Source: an uncultured Pseudomonadales bacterium (GTDB lineage Bacteria > Patescibacteriota > Microgenomatia > UBA1400 > UBA12108). Taken from it: DNA of 64,000 nt. The DNA lies in assembly GCA_964349305.1 (NCBI GenBank), contig CAYGFS010000002.1, positions 425 to 64,424 on the forward strand, given 5' to 3'. This document shows positions 1 through 10,221 of the stretch, one piece after another. Position 1 is the stretch's first letter, and the number at the start of each line of letters is the position of its first letter. The notes under the pieces were generated by a model. That model had not been told where the DNA came from. It worked only from the letters and a program-made list of their open reading frames with translations, and did not search any database. A program made the translations under genes and the position numbers.

Positions 1-22
1 GGGTAAGACCGAAAAAGGGGAA

Positions 23-1357
23 TTGTTGATTAACGAGATTGCGGAGGCAGTCGAGATCCCCCCGATTGATCCAGTGATAACAATGGAGGGGAAAGTCATT
101 GAAGTAATCGATGGCAGTGATGGAACCATGTTGAACAGCACGGTAATAGAAGACAAAATTAAGAATAATTATGGGTATTTGAGTAGTCTCCCAGTTGAAG
201 TCCCCACTATGACGGTGAAACGACAGCTGGGGAGTGATTATCTCTCAACACTGAAAGGTCGCGGGGAAAAACTAGCTACAGCCAAACTCTCGATGGAAGC
301 GGATGACTACAAGATTGCCCTGACGGGAGAAAAACTGGTAGCGTTGCTCTCGACAAATGGAACGGATTTGTTAAATAAGGCGGCAGTCAGTGAATACACA
401 GAGGGAATTAGTGAAAGCTTGAATGTTGAGCCACAGGACGCACGGTTCGAATTTGAAGAAGGAGTCGTCAAAGAGTTTGCCCCAGGTAAAGATGGGCTGA
501 AAGTGGACGTTGAGGCAACGACGGAGCAAATAATGCAGACGATCGAGACTCTGCTAAACACTGATAGTGTAGAGGAAAAATTGACTATTGCCGTCAACCG
601 CACTCCCCCACAAGTGACTACAGATAAAGTAAATGAACTAGGAATAAAAGAGCGAATTGGACGAGGTGAGTCTTATTACGCTCACTCCATCCCAAACCGA
701 ATTTACAATGTCGCCCTGGCTTCGTCTCGTCTCAACAGCGCCCTGGTGCCACCGGGAGAAGAGGTCAGTTTTAACAACTTGGTGGGAGAAGTGTCTGGTG
801 CCACTGGTTATCGACCCGCGTATATCATCTCAGCAGGGAGAACGGTGCTGGGGGATGGCGGAGGACTCTGCCAAGTGTCAACCACTATGTTTCGCGCTGC
901 CATGTCTGCCGGTCTACCTATACTCGAGCGCTGGGGACACTCTTACCGAGTGTCTTATTACGAGCTAAACAGTAAGCCGGGAGTGGATGCCACAGTGATA
1001 GCCCCGTCAAAAGATTTTCGGTTCAAAAATGACACGCCGGGACACATCTTGATCCAAACCATCAACGATCCTAAAAACCTGCATTTAATTATTGAGATTT
1101 ATGGCACCAGTGATGGGAGAGTGGCTACCCTGTCGGAGCCAAAGGTCTGGGGGATTACTCCTCCCCTGCCCACCATTTATCAGGATGACCCGACCCTGCC
1201 AGCGGGAACCCTGAGACAGGTGGACTGGTCGGCGGCTGGAGCTAAAGCGAGCTTTGATTACAAGGTGGTGCGCAACGGTGAGACGCTCCAGGACAAAACA
1301 TTTTCGACGACGTATCGGTCATGGGCGAGCGTGTTTTTGCGCGGGACGGGTCAGTAG
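23..1357 (+). CDS. VanW domain protein (probably 5'-truncated by the window edge; the reading frame is open back to nt 2)
   Basis: C-terminal region contains the VanW-family motif block ...YRPAYIISAGRTVLGDGGGLCQVSTTMFRAAMSAGLPILERWGHSYRVSYYE... No in-frame stop lies upstream of the TTG at 23. Confidence 0.65.
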   Translation: MLINEIAEAVEIPPIDPVITMEGKVIEVIDGSDGTMLNSTVIEDKIKNNYGYLSSLPVEVPTMTVKRQLGSDYLSTLKGRGEKLATAKLSMEADDYKIALTGEKLVALLSTNGTDLLNKAAVSEYTEGISESLNVEPQDARFEFEEGVVKEFAPGKDGLKVDVEATTEQIMQTIETLLNTDSVEEKLTIAVNRTPPQVTTDKVNELGIKERIGRGESYYAHSIPNRIYNVALASSRLNSALVPPGEEVSFNNLVGEVSGATGYRPAYIISAGRTVLGDGGGLCQVSTTMFRAAMSAGLPILERWGHSYRVSYYELNSKPGVDATVIAPSKDFRFKNDTPGHILIQTINDPKNLHLIIEIYGTSDGRVATLSEPKVWGITPPLPTIYQDDPTLPAGTLRQVDWSAAGAKASFDYKVVRNGETLQDKTFSTTYRSWASVFLRGTGQ

Positions 1358-1365
1358 GAAAGGAA

Positions 1366-1821
1366 TTAGCGAAGAGGATATCGTGCGTAAATATCAATTG
1401 CGGGCATTGTTAACTCATCTATATTTTGTCCCTGGTAGGCAAATGGTAGTGCCCAGTCGTAACATCCCGCTAACCACAAAACTGAGCCGAGGAGTGTGTG
1501 GATTTGCTCTTTTACACATTCCGGGTCCTCGACGAATTCGCTTTCGATTTGCACTCTAACAGAATTCAACTCTTTCCATTCTTGTTCTGTGGTACCAAGT
1601 GATCCAGTCGAAAGTTGCATGAATTTATTGAGACATCCATCAGGATCTTGACTCGATCGATCAACCAGGGCATCAATAATTTCAGGAGAAGTAGTGTTAA
1701 GTATTTTTACACATAATTTGTATTCAAGTGGATCCAGATTTGATGGAGCTGGGGCGGCTACGACCCGCTTAGATTGAATGGCGGTAAACAAATCTACTAG
1801 TTCTTCTGCACTGAACGGCAT
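1366..1821 (-). CDS. hypothetical protein (151 aa)
   Basis: Intact ORF in an intergenic-sized gap, convergent with the VanW gene. No recognisable motif. Confidence 0.35.
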   Translation of the reverse strand: MPFSAEELVDLFTAIQSKRVVAAPAPSNLDPLEYKLCVKILNTTSPEIIDALVDRSSQDPDGCLNKFMQLSTGSLGTTEQEWKELNSVRVQIESEFVEDPECVKEQIHTLLGSVLWLAGCYDWALPFAYQGQNIDELTMPAIDIYARYPLR

Positions 1822-1915
1822 GGAGACATTTTACTATCGTAGTCAAGGCTAGTTTGGTAGAATACTCGTCATATCCCCTTTCGCTTGTTGTTTTGGGGGA
1901 GCTACGGAGGGACAA

Positions 1916-4168
1916 GTGGCGATGGATTCCAAGTTTGAACATCAAAAAGTAGAAAAACAGATTTACGAAGCTTGGGAGAAAAGTGGGGTGTTTGCGCCTG
2001 ACCCCAAAGCTAAAGGCAAACCATTTACTATTGTCCTCCCCCCGCCCAATGCCTCTGGCAAAATGCACATGGGCAACGTGCTGATGATTGCGATCGAAGA
2101 CCTCATGATCCGCTACCACCGCATGAAAGGCGATCCCACACTTTGGATCCCGGGGACTGATCACGCAGGATTTGAGACCCAAATCACGTATGAGCGCGAG
2201 CTGAAAAAACAAGGAAAGTCTCGGTTTGAGTTTGATAGACAAACTCTGTACCAGAATATTTGGGAGTTTGTACAAAACAATAAGAACGTGATTGAAGGGC
2301 AGATTAAACAGATGGGAGCTTCGGTGGATTGGAGCCGCTATACTTTTACCCTAGATCCTCAAGTAGTTTCAACGGTGTATGGGACGTTTGCGCGGATGCA
2401 CAAAGAAGGTCTGGTATACCGCGATAATTATTTGGTGAACTATTGCCCCAAGTGTGGGACAACATTTGCTGACCTAGAAGTACTACATGAAGAGAGAATC
2501 GGAAAATTGTATTATGTGAAATATGCGGGCGTCTCGGGGGGAGACGGAATAGTTGTAGCCACAACGCGTCCTGAGACGATCATGCTCGACACTCATATCG
2601 CGGTCAACCCGAAGGATAAAAAGCGGGCTAAATATGTTGGGAAAAAAGTGATTAACCCATTGACTTTGGCACCAATGGAGATCATTGCGGATGATTTTGT
2701 TGACGCCAAATTTGGGACGGGTTTTGTCAAACTGACTCCTGCCCACGACAAGAATGATTACGAGGCTGGTAAGAAACACAATCTCCCCTTCATCGTAGGC
2801 ATCGGTATGGATGGCAAGATGACGGACGCCGCGGGGAAATACCAGGGTAAAAGCATCTTTACTGCCCGCAAAGAAGTGGTAGAAGAATTGCATGCACTAG
2901 GAGCCATCGAAAAAATAAATGAAGAATATGCTCAGTCGGTAGCCATATGTTATAAGGGCGGACACGATATCGAGCCCATGATCCTCCCCAATTGGTTTGT
3001 GAGGGTGGAGACACTAAAAAAACCAGCACTTGAGGCGGTGACGTCGGGTAAAGTGAAAATCTACCCCAAATGGAGAGAGGTGACCTATACCAAATGGATG
3101 GAAGAGATGCATGACTGGCCAATTAGCCGACAGGTATCGTGGGGAATCGCGATCCCTGTGTGGTATAAGGTTGGAGAGTCAGCCAATCAGAGTATCAGAA
3201 TTACGTTCCTAACTAAAGATAAAGCGGTGGTGGCTGGAACAATCGGTGAACTATTAAAGCAGTATAGTTTCGAAGAAATTAAGGGTGGATTACAAACACT
3301 TTTAGCGCCAAAAGAGGCACAGGGTCTAGTGAGTGCTGAGTGCCCTGGAGGTGGATATTTGCAGGAAACAGACACTTTTGATACTTGGTTCTCCAGCGGA
3401 CAATGGCCACTGGTGACCCTTAATTACCCTGACAGTGACGACTTTAAAAAATTCTACCCCACGTCGGTGCTCGAGACAGGGTGGGAAATAATCCGGCCGT
3501 GGGTGAGCCGAATGATCATGTTTGGGATTTACCTCACAGGCAAGCCACCATTTGAATATGTCTATCTCCATGGATTGGTTCGTGCCGCTGACGGGCGCAA
3601 AATGAGTAAATCGCTCGGCAATGTGATCAATCCAGATGAATACATGGAGCAGTATGGGGTCGATGCACTGCGGATGGGACTGATTGCAGGGACTGCGACG
3701 GGTAAAGACTTTTCGTTCCCCAAAGATAAAATCGTGGGATACCGCAACTTTGGCAACAAACTGTGGAACATGGCACGGTTTTTCTTGCTTATGCAAGAAA
3801 AAAGCGGAATCACAAATCTCAAATTCTCAAATTCTCAAATTGAGGGACTAACCGAGAGTGATAAAGATATTTTGGAAAAATTGAATGAAACGATTACGAG
3901 TGTGGACGACTTGCTGTCCAAGTTCCGTTTTGCTGAGGCAGCCGATTCGATTTATCACTTTATGTGGGACGAAGTGGCCGCGAAATATCTGGAAGAAATA
4001 AAGAGTCGTGAGGATCTAGGAGTAGCGCTCTGTGTGCTCCGACACATCATTTTGACTGGTCTAAAACTACTCCATCCCTTTATGCCGTTTGTAACGGAGG
4101 CGATTTGGAAAGAAATCAATCCTGATGACGGGATGTTGATTGTAGCCGAGTGGCCTAAAGCAAATTAA
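1916..4168 (+). CDS. valS: valine--tRNA ligase, class I (short form, 750 aa)
   Basis: N-terminal PPPNASGKMHMGN (ValRS-type PPPN...HMGH signature). KMSKSLGN motif. CP1 editing-domain-like insert. Start is GTG 1916 or ATG 1922. Carries an in-frame (CAAATTCT)n repeat at 3811-3846 translated as ITNLKFSNSQIEGL. Confidence 0.85.
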   Translation: MAMDSKFEHQKVEKQIYEAWEKSGVFAPDPKAKGKPFTIVLPPPNASGKMHMGNVLMIAIEDLMIRYHRMKGDPTLWIPGTDHAGFETQITYERELKKQGKSRFEFDRQTLYQNIWEFVQNNKNVIEGQIKQMGASVDWSRYTFTLDPQVVSTVYGTFARMHKEGLVYRDNYLVNYCPKCGTTFADLEVLHEERIGKLYYVKYAGVSGGDGIVVATTRPETIMLDTHIAVNPKDKKRAKYVGKKVINPLTLAPMEIIADDFVDAKFGTGFVKLTPAHDKNDYEAGKKHNLPFIVGIGMDGKMTDAAGKYQGKSIFTARKEVVEELHALGAIEKINEEYAQSVAICYKGGHDIEPMILPNWFVRVETLKKPALEAVTSGKVKIYPKWREVTYTKWMEEMHDWPISRQVSWGIAIPVWYKVGESANQSIRITFLTKDKAVVAGTIGELLKQYSFEEIKGGLQTLLAPKEAQGLVSAECPGGGYLQETDTFDTWFSSGQWPLVTLNYPDSDDFKKFYPTSVLETGWEIIRPWVSRMIMFGIYLTGKPPFEYVYLHGLVRAADGRKMSKSLGNVINPDEYMEQYGVDALRMGLIAGTATGKDFSFPKDKIVGYRNFGNKLWNMARFFLLMQEKSGITNLKFSNSQIEGLTESDKDILEKLNETITSVDDLLSKFRFAEAADSIYHFMWDEVAAKYLEEIKSREDLGVALCVLRHIILTGLKLLHPFMPFVTEAIWKEINPDDGMLIVAEWPKAN

Positions 4169-4175
4169 GGAAACT

Positions 4176-5231
4176 GTGGGTACGAGCACGCGCAACTCAC
4201 GAGTAGATAGTTTACGAGGGATTGCAGCTTTGATGGTGGCCGGGACGCACGCAATGCTAGTGCAAGAAGTAGGTGGAATTAGAAATATTTGGCAACACAC
4301 CATTTTAGAATCTCTTGCCGGCGAAGCGAAGATTATTCAAATATTATATTCACTATTTAACGGTAATTTTGCAGTGATGATATTTATGGTCATGAGCGGA
4401 TGGGCACTCAGCTATAGCTGGCTACGCAAAGAGCCACAATTAGAACAATATTTTCGTAAACGGATCCTGAGAATAGTCCCTGTATATTGGATCTCGACAA
4501 CTTTATTACTTATTCTGATGTATATCGGCAGTGTCCCCACATCAATGGAAAATAGCAGTTTGTGGTGGGAGATGTGGTTAAGAGAAAAATTGAGTGGAGA
4601 AATGATCGTTCGACATTTATTATTTTTGAGTCCAGGACTTGGTGGATCTAGCTGGACGCTTCAGCCAATAGTGGTTGGCTCGTTAGTTTTTCCATTTTTA
4701 TATAAATGGTTTTCAGATGGTACACGAGTGAAAAAGCTGATACTACTGCTAGTCAATTTATTATTAATAGCCTGGATAACACATAAAGATCTGTATATAT
4801 TACTAGCCGCGATGGTCGCGGGAATATCGCTTGGAATGAGTGACTCAATCAAGTGGCTCCAAGGGGTGAGAAAAATATTTATACCCACTGTATTTAGCGT
4901 GGGTGTGATTACGAGAGCAATCTGGCAATCTAGATTGGTGTGGATTATTGAGGGGATCGCGGCATATCTCTTGCTCTCGAATGTGATAAGTTTGAAAACT
5001 GAATTTATGCCAAAGTATAATTGGATAGTGGGGGTCGGGAGAATTTCCTACAGTTTTTATTTGTGGCATTTTGTGGTTCTATATTTAATGACTCCAGTCG
5101 TCTTGAGAGCACTGGGTGGCAACTATATTGGTATTGTAATCAATGGCTTAATTTCTATATTAGTCACGTTGCCAGTTGCATGGATAAGTTATCAAATAAT
5201 TGAAAGGGATTATACTAAAACAAGTTTTTGA
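4176..5231 (+). CDS. acyltransferase family 3 (OafA-like) membrane protein
   Basis: N-terminal RVDSLRGIAALMVAGTHAML motif typical of acyltransferase-3. About 10 predicted TM helices. GTG start. Confidence 0.6.
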   Translation: MGTSTRNSRVDSLRGIAALMVAGTHAMLVQEVGGIRNIWQHTILESLAGEAKIIQILYSLFNGNFAVMIFMVMSGWALSYSWLRKEPQLEQYFRKRILRIVPVYWISTTLLLILMYIGSVPTSMENSSLWWEMWLREKLSGEMIVRHLLFLSPGLGGSSWTLQPIVVGSLVFPFLYKWFSDGTRVKKLILLLVNLLLIAWITHKDLYILLAAMVAGISLGMSDSIKWLQGVRKIFIPTVFSVGVITRAIWQSRLVWIIEGIAAYLLLSNVISLKTEFMPKYNWIVGVGRISYSFYLWHFVVLYLMTPVVLRALGGNYIGIVINGLISILVTLPVAWISYQIIERDYTKTSF

Positions 5232-5721
5232 AGACATGGTGCCAGGCAGCGCCGAAGGTTTGTGGGTTAGATTTGAGGATTTGCTGAATCTCGCCTACGG
5301 TGAACCACTTAAATTCAACTGATTCGTGGTTGAGGATGGGATCCCTGTCGGTGTTAATTTGGTAAACCAAGAATAAGTGATTCTCTTTGCGGCCAATGAC
5401 TTCGCGGTTGTAAATACTTTGACCGACGAACTCAAAATTGTCTGGAGTAAAACCACATTCTTCCTGATACTCGCGGACGAGCGCTGCTGCTGCTGATTCC
5501 CCTGCCCCCACGTGACCACCAATGGGTGAGACAAACTGCCCCGCATCCTGACGGTCACTGGCTTGCCTGACAAAGCAGTACTCCCCCTTTGAGTTGACTA
5601 GTTCGCCAATGACAATGCGGTGCAACAACCCATCGCGATGTGCGACAGATTTGCCGAGTACGCTTATTACTTCATTTTGAGAGTTGATGATGTCAATTTG
5701 CTCGTCGATGGTTTGATTCAT
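5215..5721 (-). CDS. Nudix hydrolase
   Basis: Nudix box GGHVGAGESAAAALVREYQEECGF (GX5EX7REUXEEXGU). Confidence 0.75.
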   Translation of the reverse strand: MNQTIDEQIDIINSQNEVISVLGKSVAHRDGLLHRIVIGELVNSKGEYCFVRQASDRQDAGQFVSPIGGHVGAGESAAAALVREYQEECGFTPDNFEFVGQSIYNREVIGRKENHLFLVYQINTDRDPILNHESVEFKWFTVGEIQQILKSNPQTFGAAWHHVFKNLF

Positions 5722-5730
5722 AAGATTATT

Positions 5731-7500
5731 TTAAATCTTTTGCTCTGTCCACATAGTGGCAAACTGACCCTTTTTCTTGAGTAACTCAGCAAAACTACCG
5801 ATTTCGACAATTTCACCGTGTTCGAGGACAACGATTTTGTCCATAGATTTGATGGTGGAGAGGCGATGGGCAATGACAATGGTGGTAAATTTACCTATGT
5901 TTTCTTCGAGCGCTTTTTGGATTTCTTTTTCCGAATGCGCATCCAAATGCGAAGTGGCTTCGTCAAGTAAGAGAATGTCGGGCTGGCGGTAGAGCGCGCG
6001 AGCAATGCCAAGGCGTTGGCGCTGACCGCCGGAGAGTTTAAAGCCCTTCTCGCCGATCAGGGTGTCTAGCCCTTTGGGGAGCTCGCCAACTACTTCGCCC
6101 AGGTGGGCTCGGTGGATAGAGTCAGCAAGGGAATCCTGATCATCTCCGCTGCGAGACGCGCGCGCAATTTTGATATTGTCTTGTAGACTCATGTCGAAAA
6201 GTTCAGTATCCTGGAGTACGACGGAAACATGGTCGATATATGACTGACGACGGATGTCTTTGAGCGCGACGTTGTCGAGTGAGATGGTGCCTTCGTACGT
6301 TTCGTACAAGTCGAGAAGAAGTTTAAACAGAGTAGATTTACCGGCGCCAGAGAGTCCGACGATGCCGATTTTTTCACCGCGGCGGATTGTGAGGGAAATG
6401 TCTTGGAGGATGTGTCCTTTTTTGTAGGCAAACCCTACGTGACTAATAACCAGTTTTTGCCAGTCCTCCGGGTAGAGTTGTTGAGAAGTAGTTTTGTCCT
6501 CTCCTTCGATAGTGGGCTCAATGTGGAGGATGGTCATGGCGCGGGATACCCAGATTTTGGCGAGGGCAAGCTGCTGGGTGGCTTCGGTTAGCTCTTCGAC
6601 GGAAGTATTGACGCGGCGGTAGAGTCCGATAAAGAGAACAAAAACACTGACGTCGTAGCGACCATCCATGACCCCAAAAACAATCCAGGTGACAATGGAG
6701 AGTAAACAAGTTACTTCAAAGACATAAAGCACAATACCACGACGCTGAAAATGGGCAATGCGAGATCTGATCTCGTCGACCAATTTGGTGACTTTGGCCC
6801 TTATAACCCTCAGTATGCCCGCGTCGATACCTAGCGCCTTGATGGTTTGGATGTTGTTGACCGATTCAAAGGAAAAACTGCTGAGATTTTCAAATGATTT
6901 GTTGACAATGCGCTCCTGGGCGACGGCTTTCTTGAGTAGAACGGTGCCGATGACAAAGTAACCGACTATATAAAAAATGAGGGCGGTGGCGAGAGTCCAG
7001 TCCTCGAGACTAAAGATAACGACTATGCCGACAGTATTCACGAGTACTTCTATCAAAGTGTCAAAAATCCGACGAATAGTGATATTGATGCCGTCTAAAC
7101 CTTTGTCGATTTTTTTCAGTTTGGCTCCACTGTTTTCGGTTTCTTGCCAGGACAGATCGAGGCGGAAAATGTGAGAGATGGACTCCTTGTAGAGGTCAAG
7201 ACTGGCTTTTTCGGCTACCTGGAAGCCAAAATATTTTGCCAGATTGTGAGACCAGGTGAAGTAAGCGGCGGAGGCACCCCAAATGAGGAGGGTGCGAATA
7301 AGGCCGCTGCGATCATACATACCGCCTGTTGCCGAGAGCAGTAACACGACAACGCTAATTGCCCAGGGAGGCACGAGACGGGCGATATCACTCGTGAGCC
7401 GGAAAAAAACGCCAATAAAAAACTGCCGTTTGTACGGAGAAATATATTTGACGAGATCGCGGACAAATAGCCACGAAGAATATTCGTTTATTTCACTCAT
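5731..7500 (-). CDS. ABC exporter, fused permease/ATP-binding protein (MsbA-like)
   Basis: N-terminal 6-TM domain. Walker A GLSGAGKST. ABC signature LSGGQRQRLGIARAL. Walker B ILLLDEATSHLD. Confidence 0.85.
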   Translation of the reverse strand: MSEINEYSSWLFVRDLVKYISPYKRQFFIGVFFRLTSDIARLVPPWAISVVVLLLSATGGMYDRSGLIRTLLIWGASAAYFTWSHNLAKYFGFQVAEKASLDLYKESISHIFRLDLSWQETENSGAKLKKIDKGLDGINITIRRIFDTLIEVLVNTVGIVVIFSLEDWTLATALIFYIVGYFVIGTVLLKKAVAQERIVNKSFENLSSFSFESVNNIQTIKALGIDAGILRVIRAKVTKLVDEIRSRIAHFQRRGIVLYVFEVTCLLSIVTWIVFGVMDGRYDVSVFVLFIGLYRRVNTSVEELTEATQQLALAKIWVSRAMTILHIEPTIEGEDKTTSQQLYPEDWQKLVISHVGFAYKKGHILQDISLTIRRGEKIGIVGLSGAGKSTLFKLLLDLYETYEGTISLDNVALKDIRRQSYIDHVSVVLQDTELFDMSLQDNIKIARASRSGDDQDSLADSIHRAHLGEVVGELPKGLDTLIGEKGFKLSGGQRQRLGIARALYRQPDILLLDEATSHLDAHSEKEIQKALEENIGKFTTIVIAHRLSTIKSMDKIVVLEHGEIVEIGSFAELLKKKGQFATMWTEQKI

Positions 7501-7516
7501 TTGGCAATTATACTGC

Positions 7517-8422
7517 TTACGTTCGCGTTTCTTGAGCCAGATATTCGTTTGGTCCCCAAGAAGTAATTAACTCTTTGGTAATGGGAGTGGCTAGTTTCCA
7601 CAGTGCTTGGTGGATTCCACCCAAGGAGTCGGCGAGATTTTGTGAGCGGATTTTGAGACCCCACACCTCGTCGCCCTTCATGGAGACTATCCAGGTACGA
7701 TTACCTTTGACTCTAGCGGTAATACAAAGTCCTGTGAGTTCGAATGGGAGATAGCGATACTGAACTCTGTCCAAATAATGAGGATTGCGCTCGACTTGGT
7801 AAGACAAGACGTGCTTGGTCCAGGGTGTGATGGGGGTCAAGTTGTATTCGGTTGATTTGGTTTTGGACCAAAGCTTAATCCCCTTGTCGACGCCCTCGTT
7901 CATGGCCTGGCTCCCGGTAGAGTCCATGGGGATCTGGTAATCAAAAACGTAGATGTCTTGATCCACCGAGTCATAATCGAACATGACGTGGTTAGCACCA
8001 TCCATACCAGGGAAAAACTGAAAATCGGCATTGGTTGAATCCTTTAAATATGCTTTTTTCAGATATGGGAGAATTTCGACGATATCTACCTCTTGCTTAA
8101 AGAGACCCTCACGTTTTTGCCAGAGAATGTCCCGCAGGGTACTGGGGTTTTTGGCTCTGACTTTGGTCTGTTGCTTCATGAGCCCGGTAGACGACTCGAG
8201 CTCAACGAGACCTTTGAGCGCGAGGTCGGTGAGGACGGCGTAGACAGTCGTCCTGGCGATCCCGGTTGATTTGGCGATTTTAAAAGGTGACGTTTCACCT
8301 AGCTCGAGCGCTGACTGATAAACTTTAGCTTCGTTTTCGGAAAGACCAAATTCTTGTAAGACTTGAGTAGATCGTTTGGCAAAATCCATATGTTTCCTCT
8401 CCTTGTCGGTTAGTGACGACAC
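7517..8422 (-). CDS. TrmB-like winged-HTH transcriptional regulator (paralog 1 of 5)
   Basis: N-terminal LQEFGLSENEAKVYQSALELGETSPFKIAKSTGIARTTVYAVLTDLALKGLV matches the TrmB HTH pattern. Shares a C-terminal ...ALW... motif with four other paralogs in the window. Confidence 0.6.
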   Translation of the reverse strand: MSSLTDKERKHMDFAKRSTQVLQEFGLSENEAKVYQSALELGETSPFKIAKSTGIARTTVYAVLTDLALKGLVELESSTGLMKQQTKVRAKNPSTLRDILWQKREGLFKQEVDIVEILPYLKKAYLKDSTNADFQFFPGMDGANHVMFDYDSVDQDIYVFDYQIPMDSTGSQAMNEGVDKGIKLWSKTKSTEYNLTPITPWTKHVLSYQVERNPHYLDRVQYRYLPFELTGLCITARVKGNRTWIVSMKGDEVWGLKIRSQNLADSLGGIHQALWKLATPITKELITSWGPNEYLAQETRT

Positions 8423-8423
8423 T

Positions 8424-8492
8424 GTTCGTCACTTTTGACACTGATTGTAGCAGGGGAGTATAGTCCGCGCAAGTTAAGGAGGAGAGAAACTT
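8424..8492. promoter_or_regulatory. divergent promoter region with palindromic candidate operator AGTGACGA-N6-TCGTCACT overlapping a TTGACA-N18-TATAGT promoter
   Basis: Perfect 8-bp inverted repeat at about 8426-8447. Consensus -35/-10 follows. Strong RBS AAGGAGGAG lies before the ATG at 8493. Confidence 0.45.
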
Positions 8493-9026
8493 ATGTCAAT
8501 GCAAAACTTTTGGGAAAAGGGATTATCAGTTCCTTTTCCACAGACAAGGCCTGAGCGAATTAAGGGACCCCTCTTTCATGAAATGTATTGGAAGGATTTG
8601 GATGCCAAAACGGAAAAGGCTGCTTTTGATGAGAGACTAGTTCTCAACGGTGAAGAAAGGAGAATTAAGACGATTGGCTGGCAAGGATCACGAAATGGAT
8701 TCGTGGAGTTACATAAGGAGAAGATTCAAGAGGACATGAATGTGGCGAATGGAACTGTAATCATGGCTAAAGTACTACGTGATAAAACTTCAGAAGTAAA
8801 AAGCGCGCGAGGACTACATCCTCTTGATAGTTTGCCGTTTGTACCATTTGTGTTGGCTATAGCTACTACAGAAACTGGGCTTGAATATCTAGCGCTAAAA
8901 GTTTTCGCCAACTTCACTGCAGAAATGGCACAGTTAACAACTTTACCTGGGGAATCACACTCTACGCTGCTTCCTGACTGGGCGTGGTACTTGGTTGTTA
9001 AACATGAGAGAGTGAATCTAAGTTAG
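8493..9026 (+). CDS. hypothetical protein (177 aa)
   Basis: Good RBS and promoter upstream. No recognisable domain. Confidence 0.45.
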   Translation: MSMQNFWEKGLSVPFPQTRPERIKGPLFHEMYWKDLDAKTEKAAFDERLVLNGEERRIKTIGWQGSRNGFVELHKEKIQEDMNVANGTVIMAKVLRDKTSEVKSARGLHPLDSLPFVPFVLAIATTETGLEYLALKVFANFTAEMAQLTTLPGESHSTLLPDWAWYLVVKHERVNLS

Positions 9027-9036
9027 AATAACTCTC

Positions 9037-10221
9037 ATGAGTTTACCTAAGATTGCGGAGAGAAACACGCGAGTATTTACCTGGGCAGAGGCCGGAAGGA
9101 GTCTCGTGTTTATGATCCCGGTTTGGGTGGCTTTTTTACAATCACGGATTTCTGTCACGCAGATTTCAATCTATGTGGCCGTACTCTTTGCAACACAACT
9201 GGTGCTTGAGCTGCCAACGGGAGCACTGGCTGACCTGATCGGAAGGAAACAAACAATTTTTATCGCTTATCTAGTGGATGCATTACAGTATATCTTTTTT
9301 GCCTTAGCCTGGACTTTCCCACAATTTCTAATACTCGCAATTATATCGGGACTAGCTGAAGCCCTAAGGTCTGGCTCGCTTGAAGCCCTGGTGTATGACT
9401 CGCTCAAGCAAGATGGGAGAGAGAATGATTTCCGTGGTGTCATGGCCAAGCAAGGTCTTAGGTTCCAGGTCGGATTGATTATGGCGACTTTTTTGGGTGG
9501 ATTTTTGTATAACCTATCTCCAGCGCTTCCATTTGTCTTATCGGGCATACCCCTACTAGGTTCGGCGGTTATTTCTATTTACTTTATTGAACCAATAATC
9601 GACTCCGAAAAATTTGGGATGCGTAATTATTTACGACAAATAAAATGGGGAGCGATTGAGGCATTTAAAACCCAGAAGCATCGACTCATATCCCTATACT
9701 ATATTGTGGTGGGCGCGATCTCCTGGATGTGTATGATTTATTTTACCGACTTCGCAATGGTTAATCTCGGATTTGACGCCTCAACTAGAGGGGTTCTGAG
9801 CTCCGGACTCCGCGTTGCGAATGCTCTCTTGATCGCGAAATTCCTGACGAATGAAAAAATATTTAATTTCCGAAGAACAATCATTCTCTTTCCCATTATC
9901 ATGATTGTTGGACTTCTTCCTGGATACTGGCTATATGGGTATTTGGGGGTGCCTTTTGTTGGTCTAGTGATGCTGAGCTCTACGGCGCGGTGGATACTGC
10001 TGGGTAAATACACGAACGAGATATTTTCATCTAAATATCGTGCGACGGCGATCTCGACTTTATCTATGGCAATCGGAGTAATTGTGGTTTTGGGAGTGGT
10101 TGCATCTGGACCGATTATGGAGCGATGGGGGGATGCAAGGCTCGTTTTTAGTTTGCTAGGGATATTGTCGCTCCTAACTGTTGCCCCGCTGGCATATAAA
10201 GTGCTGAAAACTTATGAATAA
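9037..10221 (+). CDS. MFS transporter
   Basis: 12 predicted TM helices. MFS loop motif GALADLIGRKQTI. Confidence 0.7.
   Translation: MSLPKIAERNTRVFTWAEAGRSLVFMIPVWVAFLQSRISVTQISIYVAVLFATQLVLELPTGALADLIGRKQTIFIAYLVDALQYIFFALAWTFPQFLILAIISGLAEALRSGSLEALVYDSLKQDGRENDFRGVMAKQGLRFQVGLIMATFLGGFLYNLSPALPFVLSGIPLLGSAVISIYFIEPIIDSEKFGMRNYLRQIKWGAIEAFKTQKHRLISLYYIVVGAISWMCMIYFTDFAMVNLGFDASTRGVLSSGLRVANALLIAKFLTNEKIFNFRRTIILFPIIMIVGLLPGYWLYGYLGVPFVGLVMLSSTARWILLGKYTNEIFSSKYRATAISTLSMAIGVIVVLGVVASGPIMERWGDARLVFSLLGILSLLTVAPLAYKVLKTYE

Noticed and set aside
1769-3822. ORFs antisense to valS (1769-2275, 2346-2564, 2483-2893, 2859-3122, 3187-3375, 3326-3796, 3562-3822)
   Set aside because: Entirely contained within and antisense to a high-confidence aminoacyl-tRNA synthetase gene. 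No start or RBS context. Typical shadow ORFs.
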